Assembly: GCA_964398195.1 (NCBI GenBank)
Contig: CAYNLW010000003.1
Coordinates: 4,020-68,019 of the forward strand
Source of the DNA: an uncultured Methylophilaceae bacterium
GTDB taxonomy: Bacteria > Pseudomonadota > Gammaproteobacteria > Burkholderiales > Methylophilaceae
Direction of reading: 5' to 3'
Length of the DNA: 64,000 nucleotides
The notes under the pieces were generated by a model. That model was not told the origin of the DNA. It worked only from the letters and a program-made list of their open reading frames with translations, and did no database searches. This document shows, in pieces, positions 1 through 9,689 of this stretch (its first letter is position 1; every line of letters starts with the position of its first letter). A program made the position numbers and the translations under genes.

Positions 1-1322
1 TCGGGCTAGGTTTGGACGCAGTGCCCGCCATCGCGCAAAAGCTAGGTATGCAAGTGTATTTGGGCATCTGGATAGGCTGGCTAGAGCAAGATAATCAGCA
101 ACAGATACAGCGCGCCATTCAACTCAGCCAGCAATACCCCAACACCATCAAGGCCTTAATCGTGGGCAATGAGGTATTGCTGCGTGGCGAACAAAAACCG
201 GCGGCTATGCAGCGCTATTTTCACAGCATTAAACAGCGCACTAACACGCCCATTAGCTATGCCGATGTATGGGAGTTTTGGCGACAGCATCAAGCTTTGC
301 AAGAAGATGTGGATTTTGTCACGGTGCATATTCTGCCCTATTGGGAAAATGACCCGGTGGCGATACAACAGGCCAATCAGCATATCGCCAATGTGATGCA
401 ACGCTTACAGCAAAGCTTTGATAAACCGATTTTAATCGGTGAGACCGGCTGGCCATCGCAAGGCCGCCAGCGCTTTGGCGCGCAACCGGGGGTGCGTAAT
501 CAAGCGATCTATCTGCAAAACTTCTTGCAATTAGCGCAGCAAAAGCATTGGCAATATAACCTGATAGAAGCCTATGACCAGCCTTGGAAGCGCGCGCTAG
601 AGAGCACGGTGGGTGGCTATTGGGGCATCTATGATGTGGATGGCAAAGCCAAGTTTGTGCTAGGCCAGCCACTGGCAGAACGACAAGACTGGCCCTTGTT
701 ATTGCTGATCACGGCCTTGCTAGGCTTAACCAGCGTGCTGCTGATACAGCAGGGTCGCTTGCAGTTGGCGGGTGGCCAGTCTAATGCAAGGGCTTGGTCG
801 AATCGCATTAGCTTTGTCTGTTGGCTATTGTTGAGCGCCTTGCACCTGTATATCCAAATCGATTTTGTGCTGATGAATAGCATACGTTTTAGCGATTGGA
901 TGCAATTGCTCAGCGTCAGCCTATTGGGCAATGGTTTGTTATTGTGCGGCTTATATCTGCATCATAGCCAAGCACAAAGCGCGCTTTATCGCTACCATAG
1001 CCGCTGGCTGTTGGTCTTGTTGTGCTTGATTGCCTTGCTATCCTCGCTCAGCCTGATATGGGATGGGCGTTATCGCAATTTCTTAAATCCCTTATTGCTT
1101 ATCCCAGTGGTGAGTTTTAGCTTGCACAGCCTATTGATTGCAGCGCTCAAGCTGCATATTGCGCGCCGCTTGGCGCTAGTATTGGCCAGCTTGTTAGGCG
1201 CAAGCGCGTTGATTTTATTATGGCTGGAGCCTAACAATTTAAGCGCGCAAATTTGGCTGGCGCTGAATCTGCTATTGGCTGCTTTGTTGTTATGGCATCG
1301 CGCCGATAAAACAATCCATTGA
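1..1322 (+). CDS. GH17-family beta-1,3-glucan hydrolase/transglycosylase domain fused to a C-terminal polytopic membrane domain (NdvC-like); 5' end cut by window edge
   Basis: The frame is open back to position 3, with no stop upstream of the listed TTG at 12. GH17 catalytic motifs IVGNEVLL and IGETGWPS are present. The sequence aligns with the GH17 domain of the next ORF from about its residue 95, so roughly 90 aa are missing. The last ~210 aa are Leu-rich hydrophobic segments, about six TM helices by eye. Confidence 0.75.
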   Translation, partial: GLGLDAVPAIAQKLGMQVYLGIWIGWLEQDNQQQIQRAIQLSQQYPNTIKALIVGNEVLLRGEQKPAAMQRYFHSIKQRTNTPISYADVWEFWRQHQALQEDVDFVTVHILPYWENDPVAIQQANQHIANVMQRLQQSFDKPILIGETGWPSQGRQRFGAQPGVRNQAIYLQNFLQLAQQKHWQYNLIEAYDQPWKRALESTVGGYWGIYDVDGKAKFVLGQPLAERQDWPLLLLITALLGLTSVLLIQQGRLQLAGGQSNARAWSNRISFVCWLLLSALHLYIQIDFVLMNSIRFSDWMQLLSVSLLGNGLLLCGLYLHHSQAQSALYRYHSRWLLVLLCLIALLSSLSLIWDGRYRNFLNPLLLIPVVSFSLHSLLIAALKLHIARRLALVLASLLGASALILLWLEPNNLSAQIWLALNLLLAALLLWHRADKTIH

Positions 1323-1375
1323 TAAAACAGCCCAGTGATAAGACATAGAGATAGTTAAAGAAAGGTAAAAACTGA

Positions 1376-3967
1376 ATGCGTGTAAGTGTGATTAAACGTG
1401 CTGCAGCGGCGCTATTATTTGCCGCAGCGTTTGCTCTTAGCAATTATGCTATCTGGGCCTTTACCAATCGCGCCTTGCCCTTAATCGCCGCACCCAAACT
1501 GATTCACGGCTTTGCTTATAGCGGCTTTAGACTAGACCAAAGCCCATTAGAAAAAGAATACCCCAGCACCGCCGAGCTGGACCAAGATATGACCATTATC
1601 AAACCCCTGACCAGCCGGATTCGTTTATATGGCGCCTTGGAAAATAGCGAAATCATAGGCCTAGCCGCCAAGCACGGCATCTTAGTGACAGCGGGCGCGT
1701 GGATAGGCACGGACGACAAAGCCAATCAGCGCGAAATTAACGCGTTAATGGCCAAGATTAAGCTATATCCCAATATCGAACGCGCCATTGTGGGCAATGA
1801 GTCTTTGTTGCGTGAGGACGTCAGCGCCGAGCAGTTAATTGAATATATCCAGCAAGTCAAAGCCAAAAGCAAAAAGCCTATCTCGACTGCCGAGCCTTGG
1901 CATATTTGGGAAAAGCACCCCGAGCTAGTCAAGCAAGTGGATTTTATTGCCGTGCATCTGTTGCCCTATCACGAGGGCTTGCCTATAGAACGCGCGGTGG
2001 ATTACGCGCTAGAACGATATCAAGCGCTGTCTAGAATGTATCCCAGCAAAAAAATTGTCATTACCGAAATCGGCTGGCCTAGCCGTGGCCCGACCTTGGC
2101 CGAGGCGGTGGCGTCTGAGCTAAATCAGGCCAGATTTGTACGCGAATTTTTAGCGCGCACCGCCAAACAGAAATATGACTATTACCTGATGGAAGCCTTT
2201 GACCAGCCGTGGAAACAATCCTTAGAGGGTTGGGCTGGTGCGTATTGGGGCATGTTTGACGCCGAGCGTGAGAAAAAATATTCGCTAGACGGCGCTGTGC
2301 CACGCGATGATGAATGGACAGAAAAGGCCTTGTGGTCAACGCTATTAGCCTTTATCCCCATCGCCTTGCTGGCCTATCGTTTTAGCGCATGGCGTATAGG
2401 TGGCAGAATTTCTTTAGCGGTGTTGCTGCAAGCTTGTTTGACCACCTTGGTCATCGCGTGGAATTTGCCCGTTGATTATTACTACACTTTGCGCGATTTT
2501 GTAGTGTTAATCGCCTTGATTATCGGCATGTTGCTGACCTCGGCGATTTTGATGATCTATGGTGTGGAATTTAGCGAGGTGTTATTTAAAGGCGGCTGGC
2601 GCCGCAATTATCAACGCATGAAGCCATTGCCCGCCAAGCAACAGCAATTTGTCTCTATTCATTTGGCTTGTTATAACGAACCACCAGAGATGGTGATTGA
2701 CACCATTAAAAGCCTAGAGCAGCTGAATTATCAGCAATTCGAGGTATTGGTGGTGGATAACAATACCAAAGACCCCGCTAAGTGGCAGCCCATACAAGCC
2801 TATATGAGCAAACTGCCCAAGCATTTTAAATTTTTCCATCTGCCACAATGGCCGGGCTTTAAAGCCGGCGCTTTGAATTTTGCACTTAGCCAAACCAATC
2901 CCAAAGCGGAAGTGATAGGCGTGGTAGATGCGGATTATGAAGTGACCCCAGATTGGCTATCCGACTTGGTACCGCACTTTGCTGTGGCGAATGTGGCGGT
3001 GGTACAGGCGCCACAAGCGCATCGCGAGTGGCAGAATAATTTCTTTAGACGCATGAGCAACTGGGAATTTGAAGGCTTTTTCCGTATTGGTATGCACCAC
3101 AGACACGAGCGTAATGCGCTGATCCAACACGGCACCATGACCTTGGTGCGTCACCAAGCTTTGTTGCAACAGGGCAAATGGTCGGAATGGTGTATCTGCG
3201 AAGATACCGAGTTAGGCTTGCGCTTATTAGAGGCTGGTTATGAATTGCGCTATATCGATGATAATTTCGGGCGTGGCTTAACGCCGGCAGATTTTAAAGC
3301 GCTCAAGTCGCAACGCTTCCGCTGGGCGTTTGGTGCCATGCAAATCCTTAAGCACCACTTTAAGCGTTTGGTGGGCGATTCCACCTTAACCCGTGGCCAA
3401 CGCTATCACTTTTTAACCGGCTGGTTTGGCTGGCTAGGCGACGCCTTGCAGTTGATTTTCACGCTAGGCTCGCTAGGTTGGACTGGCGCCATGCTGATGT
3501 TCCCCAAGACCTTTAGTATGCCGGTCAGCATTATGATTATTCCTATCCTGTGCTTTTTAGCCATTAAAGCCGTGATGGGGCCGGTGTTATACCGCAAGAC
3601 CATGTCCTGCTCTTGGCTAGATATCTTCGGCGCTTCACTGGTCAGCCTAGGCTTGTCGCATGCCATCGCCAAGGGGGTGATTATGGGGCTGATTAAAAAA
3701 GACGGGGTATTCAAAGTCACCGCTAAAGGGCGCATATTGGGCAGTCACTTTGATAGAGTGAAACCGGTGTTAGAAGAACTGAGTTTATTGCTGTTATTAG
3801 TGATATGCAGCATGGCCATGTTGCTTACCCGTGGCCTGCATAATCTAGATGCGCAGTTATGGGTGTCTATGCTGGCCTTGCAAAGCCTGCCCTATATCAG
3901 CGCCGTGGCTTGTCAGTGGATTAGTTTATTGCCCGACCGGGCAGTTGAATCTAGCCAGTCGCGCTAG
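1376..3967 (+). CDS. Bifunctional membrane protein: N-terminal GH17 domain plus processive family-2 glycosyltransferase (NdvB-like beta-1,3-glucan synthase architecture)
   Basis: N-terminal signal anchor. GH17 motifs IVGNESLL and ITEIGWPSRG. A TM block follows, then GT2 motifs VLVVDNNT, VVDADYEV, CEDTELG and QRFRWAFG (QxxRW), then C-terminal TM helices. ATG at 1376 lies 54 nt after the upstream stop. Confidence 0.8.
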   Translation: MRVSVIKRAAAALLFAAAFALSNYAIWAFTNRALPLIAAPKLIHGFAYSGFRLDQSPLEKEYPSTAELDQDMTIIKPLTSRIRLYGALENSEIIGLAAKHGILVTAGAWIGTDDKANQREINALMAKIKLYPNIERAIVGNESLLREDVSAEQLIEYIQQVKAKSKKPISTAEPWHIWEKHPELVKQVDFIAVHLLPYHEGLPIERAVDYALERYQALSRMYPSKKIVITEIGWPSRGPTLAEAVASELNQARFVREFLARTAKQKYDYYLMEAFDQPWKQSLEGWAGAYWGMFDAEREKKYSLDGAVPRDDEWTEKALWSTLLAFIPIALLAYRFSAWRIGGRISLAVLLQACLTTLVIAWNLPVDYYYTLRDFVVLIALIIGMLLTSAILMIYGVEFSEVLFKGGWRRNYQRMKPLPAKQQQFVSIHLACYNEPPEMVIDTIKSLEQLNYQQFEVLVVDNNTKDPAKWQPIQAYMSKLPKHFKFFHLPQWPGFKAGALNFALSQTNPKAEVIGVVDADYEVTPDWLSDLVPHFAVANVAVVQAPQAHREWQNNFFRRMSNWEFEGFFRIGMHHRHERNALIQHGTMTLVRHQALLQQGKWSEWCICEDTELGLRLLEAGYELRYIDDNFGRGLTPADFKALKSQRFRWAFGAMQILKHHFKRLVGDSTLTRGQRYHFLTGWFGWLGDALQLIFTLGSLGWTGAMLMFPKTFSMPVSIMIIPILCFLAIKAVMGPVLYRKTMSCSWLDIFGASLVSLGLSHAIAKGVIMGLIKKDGVFKVTAKGRILGSHFDRVKPVLEELSLLLLLVICSMAMLLTRGLHNLDAQLWVSMLALQSLPYISAVACQWISLLPDRAVESSQSR

Positions 3968-3968
3968 C

Positions 3969-4913
3969 CTAAGCGTTAGATTGCGCCATCATGGCGGCAC
4001 CCAACATGCCGGCGATATCGTCAGATTGCGCCAGATGAATTTGCAATACACCGCGCAGCACAGGAATTAAATCTTGCTCTAGTCGCGCCTGCAAAGCCGG
4101 CATGATCAAATCATGCGCTTGTATCACCCCACCGCCCAACAGGATATGTTGCACGTCCAATAATTTACATGCATGCGCGATAGCGCTAGCTAGATACTGC
4201 CCCGCCATCACAAACGCTTGTTGCGCCTGGGCATTGCCAGCACGCGCTAATTGGGCAATTTGCTGAGTGTCTAGCTGTTCAGCACTGACACTCAGTTGCG
4301 CAAAGTTTTTACTAATGCCACCGGCCGAAGCGTATTGCTCTACACAGCCATGATTGCCGCAACCGCATAATCGACCGCCCGCCTCTACAATTAGATGACC
4401 AAACTCCATAGCCACGCCATGATCGCCAGCATACGGCTTGCCAGCATGGATAAAGCCGCCGCCTATACCGGTGCCTAGACCGATATAAATCAGGCTAGCG
4501 GGCGCAGCTAAGCCAGCCAAATGATATTCCGCCAAGGCTGCGCACAAAGCGTCGTTTTCTAGTAGCACAGGGCGTTTTAGCGCAATGGATAAGGGACCAG
4601 CGATATCCACATCAGATAAACTGGGCAAGTTAGGCGATTGCGAAATCAGCTTGCTTTGCGGGTGGATAAAGCCAGGGAAGCCTATGCCTATGGATTGCAC
4701 CGCAGGATATTGCTGTAGCACGGCTTGTAATTGCGCTTGCAGGATATGCAAGATGGCTTGCTCGGCCTGCGCGGCGCTGCTTGCCTGACATAGGCCAGCA
4801 AAATTAGCATGCACGCGATGTTGATGGATTAACTGGCGCTGCTGGAATACCCCGATACGCAGATTGGTACCGCCTACATCAAGGCCTATATAGAGGCTAG
4901 CGCTTGACGACAT
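3969..4913 (-). CDS. glk: ROK-family glucokinase
   Basis: LYIGLDVGGTNLRIGV ATP-binding motif and the ROK zinc signature CGCGNHGCVEQY. I place the start at ATG 4913 (MSSSASLYIG), which overlaps the malQ stop as ATGA. The longer ORF to 4943 is rejected. Confidence 0.8.
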   Translation of the reverse strand: MSSSASLYIGLDVGGTNLRIGVFQQRQLIHQHRVHANFAGLCQASSAAQAEQAILHILQAQLQAVLQQYPAVQSIGIGFPGFIHPQSKLISQSPNLPSLSDVDIAGPLSIALKRPVLLENDALCAALAEYHLAGLAAPASLIYIGLGTGIGGGFIHAGKPYAGDHGVAMEFGHLIVEAGGRLCGCGNHGCVEQYASAGGISKNFAQLSVSAEQLDTQQIAQLARAGNAQAQQAFVMAGQYLASAIAHACKLLDVQHILLGGGVIQAHDLIMPALQARLEQDLIPVLRGVLQIHLAQSDDIAGMLGAAMMAQSNA

Positions 4914-6427
4914 CAATGCAACCTCGCGCTTTGTGTCAGCCATAAGCGGATTTGTGCAATGCGCTCAGGGCTTACTTGTGGCCAAGCAAATTGCCATGCC
5001 CAGTTGCCTTGTATGGTGCCTGGGGTATTCATGCGGTGCTGGCTATCTAATTGCATGATATCTTGCATAGGAATCATGGCTAAAAAGGCTGGGCTAGCCA
5101 AGGCCAAAGCAATCAGCGTATCGGGCATGGGATATGGAGGCGCTAAATGGTCTAAGCAAGTTGCTGTGCTGTGCTGCGTGCTCAATTGCAGACTAGTGGA
5201 TTGCAGGCTAGTGATTTGCTGGCTTAGCAATGCTTGTACTAGCGCCTGCTGTTGCTCAGTCAACTGCTGATACCAGCCCAAGCTAGTGTCATTATCGTGG
5301 GTGCCGGTATACACCACATCTGGCGCTTGGATTTTTTCTGGCAGATAGGGATTGTCGGCGCTGCCATCAAAAGCAAACTGCAAGATTTTCATGCCGGGCA
5401 GAGCGAACTGTTGTTTTAAGGCCAGCACTTGGTCAGTAATAATGCCTAGGTCCTCGGCGATTAATTGAATATCTGGCATCTGCTTAAAAATACTGTCCAG
5501 CAAGGCCGCACCGGGGGCTTCATGCCACACACCATTGACTGCGGTGTTGTCTTGCATGGGGATTTCCCAAGCGGCTTGCAAGCCACGGAAGTGGTCTATA
5601 CGCAAAATATCAAACAGCAGCGCTTGCGTTTGCAAACGCTGCACCCACCACGCGAAATCATCTTGCTGCATGGCCGCCCAGTCATAATGCGGATTGCCCC
5701 AGCGCTGGCCGTCAGCCGAGAAATAATCAGGCGGCACCCCGGCCACCACGGTCATCTGCAAGGCTTGGTCTAGCTTAAATTGCTGTGGCTGCGCCCATAC
5801 ATCGGCACTGTCATACGAAACAAAAATCGGGATATCGCCAAATAATTGCAGGCCTTTTACATGTGCATATTGTTTCAGCGCCTGCCACTGGCTAAAGAAT
5901 AAAAACTGGCTAAATTGATGTTGCTGTATAGGCAAAGCCAAGCGCTGACGGGCTTCTGCCAGCGCCTCTGGCTGGCGCAATTTAATTGGCGCTGGCCAAT
6001 CGCACCAAGCTAGTCCGTGATGTTGTTCACGCAAGGCCAGGAATAAGGCAAAGTCATCCAGCCAATGGGCATGGCGCTGACAAAAAGCCTGCCACTCTGC
6101 TTGCTGTTGCGCATTGGCATACTGGCTAAATTGCTGGTACAGATGCTGGAAAGGCGCATCGCAATGTTGCGGCAAAGCTTGTTTCAGCCATGATTGCTGG
6201 CTGACTTGTTTGAAACAGATAAAGGCTGGATTGCCGGCGTGGGCAGAAAGGCATTGATACGGCGACTTATCTTGATGCGTCATATTCACCGGCAAGGTCT
6301 GCCACACTTGGCAGCCACAATCATACAGAAAATCGACAAAGCGAAACGCATCTTCCCCCAAGGTGCCGCTGGGCAATGAGCTGATATGCAGTAATACGCC
6401 GGCGATTTTGCGCTGATAATCAAACAT
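4913..6427 (-). CDS. malQ: 4-alpha-glucanotransferase (amylomaltase, GH77)
   Basis: N-terminus RKIAGVLLHISSLPSG and the conserved YTGTHDNDT motif. Length is 504 aa. The start overlaps the stop of the upstream GH57 gene by 8 nt. Confidence 0.9.
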   Translation of the reverse strand: MFDYQRKIAGVLLHISSLPSGTLGEDAFRFVDFLYDCGCQVWQTLPVNMTHQDKSPYQCLSAHAGNPAFICFKQVSQQSWLKQALPQHCDAPFQHLYQQFSQYANAQQQAEWQAFCQRHAHWLDDFALFLALREQHHGLAWCDWPAPIKLRQPEALAEARQRLALPIQQHQFSQFLFFSQWQALKQYAHVKGLQLFGDIPIFVSYDSADVWAQPQQFKLDQALQMTVVAGVPPDYFSADGQRWGNPHYDWAAMQQDDFAWWVQRLQTQALLFDILRIDHFRGLQAAWEIPMQDNTAVNGVWHEAPGAALLDSIFKQMPDIQLIAEDLGIITDQVLALKQQFALPGMKILQFAFDGSADNPYLPEKIQAPDVVYTGTHDNDTSLGWYQQLTEQQQALVQALLSQQITSLQSTSLQLSTQHSTATCLDHLAPPYPMPDTLIALALASPAFLAMIPMQDIMQLDSQHRMNTPGTIQGNWAWQFAWPQVSPERIAQIRLWLTQSARLH

Positions 6428-8147
6428 TCACTTCTTGTCCCCTGCGCATGGTGCCGATATTGTCTGCCTCATCACTGCCTAAGCTAATCGATTGCTTGAG
6501 ATGTTGCGGCGCTGGGCGACCCAGCAAGGCATATAAATTAATCAGATTGCTGCGATATAAGCGATCAAAACTTTGCACGCTCACCGCGTCGTTATAGTCG
6601 CCAAACCACCAGAACCAATCTGAGCCCTCGCATATCGCCAACTGTCGCTCACAAGCCGCTTGCTGCTGGGGCGATAGCTGTCCGGCTTGCATCACTTGGT
6701 CATACACCAACTTGGCTTCGCATAATAAATCCCACGCTTGGTTTTTATCTTGCTCGCCTATCCATGTGCTAAAGCTGCCATATACCCAACTGCCGGCAGC
6801 GATATCGCTCAGCACCACAGGTGCCGGCAATTGCTTGTTGCGCGTCATGCTAACGATTTCGCTAAATTGCGTGGTTTGGATAAAGGGGTGCTGGCTTAGC
6901 GCTTCGTATAGCTCTTTGAGGAAATAGAAGCCGTTATAGGGGTAATATTCCCAAGCATTTTCGCCGTCTAAAATCACGCTCACCACCGCAGGGCTGTCTT
7001 GTTTCTGCTGATAGATCTCTTCTAGTTCACGAATAAAATCGGCCACCGCCACGCTGGCGTGCAGTTTGGCATATTCAAAGCCTATCTTGTCGGATAGGCT
7101 GTCATCGCGGAAGAAACATAAAATCTCATGCTGTTGATGTTTTAGGCAGTAAGCTTGGTATAAATAATCGCTTTTTTCTGGGATATTGTGCTGGCTGATT
7201 TTATGCAAACTATTAGCCAACACCCCCTGCCCTGTGGCTGCCCATTGCACACCTTGTTGCGCCAGCAAACCCAGCGCCGCATAACTGACCGCCCCTTCGG
7301 CTGGCCACATGCCTTTGGCAGGCGCACCGAAACGCTTGGCATGGCTTTGTTGCGCGGATTGTATATGCGCCAAAGCGCGTTGCTCGCCATGCGGGTAATG
7401 CTTGTGTACCGGCAAAGGCGCGAACGGCATGGCATCACGGCTAGATTTAAAGTCCAATAACAAAGGTAAAATCGGGTGGTAATGCGGTGTGGTAGAAACC
7501 TCAATGCGCCCCTGCTGCGCCAAACGCTGATAACGCGCCGGCAAGTCTTGCATGATTTGCCCAATCAAATCGAATAATTGCTTTCTTTCTTGTGCGGTAA
7601 ATTGCTCGCCCTTGCTCATCAAGCCTTGCACCAATAGATTGTGGCGCTTAATGCTCTCGCCCATCCAAGCCAAGTGATACCAAGTAATTAAATCGGCCAT
7701 ATATTGGCCAGACAAATAATTCGAGGCGGTAGATTCTTCGTGCTTAAGCGCTTTATAGATATTGTGCAGACGTTGATATTGCGCATACGGCTCTAGCATT
7801 TTTTCGTGGTGGCTCTTAAAGCAACTATCCACAATCAAACAGCGCTCATGCTTATGCAAATATTCCAGATTCTCACGCGCCAACATGGCCAACAAAGGGT
7901 CACGGATATCGCCAGAAGCAAACTGCTGTTGATAATCCTCAAGCTGATCTAGCAAGACCGGCACAAAGTTAAAGCTGACCTTGATGGCAGGATTTTGCTC
8001 TACGTGGTAAGCCATATCGGTATAGTCTTTAATGGCGTGCAGATAAGTCCAGGGTAAACTATATTGACCGCTCAGCGTATCGCGATAATCAGGCTGATGC
8101 ATATGCCAGTACAGATTGAGATAGAGCTTGGACGGGTGTTGGGACAT
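6420..8147 (-). CDS. Glycoside hydrolase family 57 protein (alpha-glucan active; amylase, branching or glucanotransferase type not resolvable)
   Basis: N-terminal LYWHMHQPDYRD (GH57 region I HQP), GMWPAEGAVS (candidate nucleophile Glu region) and ILDGENAWEYY (candidate acid/base Asp region). 575 aa. Confidence 0.85.
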   Translation of the reverse strand: MSQHPSKLYLNLYWHMHQPDYRDTLSGQYSLPWTYLHAIKDYTDMAYHVEQNPAIKVSFNFVPVLLDQLEDYQQQFASGDIRDPLLAMLARENLEYLHKHERCLIVDSCFKSHHEKMLEPYAQYQRLHNIYKALKHEESTASNYLSGQYMADLITWYHLAWMGESIKRHNLLVQGLMSKGEQFTAQERKQLFDLIGQIMQDLPARYQRLAQQGRIEVSTTPHYHPILPLLLDFKSSRDAMPFAPLPVHKHYPHGEQRALAHIQSAQQSHAKRFGAPAKGMWPAEGAVSYAALGLLAQQGVQWAATGQGVLANSLHKISQHNIPEKSDYLYQAYCLKHQQHEILCFFRDDSLSDKIGFEYAKLHASVAVADFIRELEEIYQQKQDSPAVVSVILDGENAWEYYPYNGFYFLKELYEALSQHPFIQTTQFSEIVSMTRNKQLPAPVVLSDIAAGSWVYGSFSTWIGEQDKNQAWDLLCEAKLVYDQVMQAGQLSPQQQAACERQLAICEGSDWFWWFGDYNDAVSVQSFDRLYRSNLINLYALLGRPAPQHLKQSISLGSDEADNIGTMRRGQEVNV

Positions 8148-8258
8148 AGAGATACTTTCAAACGCTAAAAAACAAACAAAATTAATGGCTAATCGCTTAG
8201 CCTAAGGTGATTAACAAACGCTGTACTTTAAATAAAAAAACATCAAGCAAGCAGCGCA

Positions 8259-9536
8259 TCAACGAATCCTATGCGTAGGTTTGCCTAACATGGCCGGCGT
8301 GACTAGGGTAATGCCCTGCTCAGTGACAAAAAAACGTTTTTTGTCTTGTACTGGGTCAAAGCCTATCTGCATCCCTTCGGGGATTTGTGAACCTTTGTCC
8401 ACCACCACTTTGTTTAATTTGACATGGCGCCCTATGGTTACCTCAGGCAATATCACCGAGTCGCGGATATCGCAATAACTGTGTACGCGCACATCAGAAA
8501 ATAAGACCGATTGATTGATTTTTGAGCCGCTGACGATGCAACCGCCAGAAATCAATGAATCCGTGGCGGTGCCACAGCGATCTTTGTTGTTAAACACAAA
8601 CTTGGCCGGTGGCAGTTGTTCCTGATAAGTCCAAATCGGCCAATCACGGTCATATAAATTCAATTCAGGGGTCACTTTGGTCAATTCCATATTGGCTTCC
8701 CAATAGGCATCTACCGTCCCGACATCGCGCCAATAGTAATTATTATCCTTGGCACCTACACAGCTATCGGTAAAGCGATGGGCAAACACGCGATATTTAT
8801 TGATAATTCTGGGGATAATATCTTTACCAAAATCATGCTCAGACTTGCTGTCATCAGCGTCATAAATCAGTTGTTCATATAAAAATGCCGCCGAAAAAAC
8901 ATAAATCCCCATGCTAGCAAACGCCTGTTCTGGGTTATCTGGCAAAGGTTGGGGATGATCAGGTTTCTCTTGAAACTCGATAACCCTATCGTCGTTGTCT
9001 ACCCCTATCACACCAAATGACTTGGCATCTTGCAGTGGCACATTGATACAGGCGATAGTGAGATCAGCTTTTTTATTCACATGCGCTGCCAACATTTGGC
9101 CGTAGTCCATTTTATAAATATGGTCGCCGGCCAAAATCAGCACATATTCGGCGCCTATATTGCGCATAATATCCAGGTTCTGAAACACTGCATCAGCTGT
9201 GCCTTTGTACCAATCTTCTTTGACCCGCTGTTGCGCCGGCCATAGCTCAACAAACTCGTTAAACTCGCCACGCAAAAACCCCCAACCACGTTGGATATGC
9301 TGATTTAAGCTATGCGACTTATATTGCGTCGCCACACCAATACGACGTATGCCTGAGTTAATGCAGTTGGATAAGGGAAAATCAATAATGCGGTATTTGC
9401 CACCAAACGGCACCGCCGGCTTGGCGCGCGAATCGGTCAGACTCTTTAAGCGCGAACCTCGACCGCCCGCCAAAATCAGCGCAACGGTGTTTTTGGTCAA
9501 GGCACTAATAAACCGCGATGTCATTTCCTGCTGCAT
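8259..9536 (-). CDS. glgC: Glucose-1-phosphate adenylyltransferase
   Basis: [41 protein letters not shown]. Start chosen at ATG 9536 (MQQEM), preceded by GAGGAG at good spacing. The ORF track start at 9551 is probably too long. Confidence 0.93.
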   Translation of the reverse strand: MQQEMTSRFISALTKNTVALILAGGRGSRLKSLTDSRAKPAVPFGGKYRIIDFPLSNCINSGIRRIGVATQYKSHSLNQHIQRGWGFLRGEFNEFVELWPAQQRVKEDWYKGTADAVFQNLDIMRNIGAEYVLILAGDHIYKMDYGQMLAAHVNKKADLTIACINVPLQDAKSFGVIGVDNDDRVIEFQEKPDHPQPLPDNPEQAFASMGIYVFSAAFLYEQLIYDADDSKSEHDFGKDIIPRIINKYRVFAHRFTDSCVGAKDNNYYWRDVGTVDAYWEANMELTKVTPELNLYDRDWPIWTYQEQLPPAKFVFNNKDRCGTATDSLISGGCIVSGSKINQSVLFSDVRVHSYCDIRDSVILPEVTIGRHVKLNKVVVDKGSQIPEGMQIGFDPVQDKKRFFVTEQGITLVTPAMLGKPTHRIR

Positions 9537-9589
9537 GGTGTCACTCCTCAATGATTTTTCATTGTAAGCACGAAGATGGGCTGGAGAGT

Positions 9590-9598
9590 TGCTATAAT
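9590..9598 (+). promoter_or_regulatory. Putative extended -10 promoter element (TGcTATAAT) upstream of glgB
   Basis: TGCTATAAT at 9590-9598 in the 153-bp glgC/glgB divergent gap. I found no convincing -35. The same 9-mer occurs upstream of psiE at 24690. Confidence 0.3.
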
Positions 9599-9689
9599 GC
9601 GCCCTATGCCTGTGTTCATTATAGGCACGATATCAAAGGATAATCTAGCCCTAAACTCAAGCCTTACCACATCTTTTGAGAGATTTATT

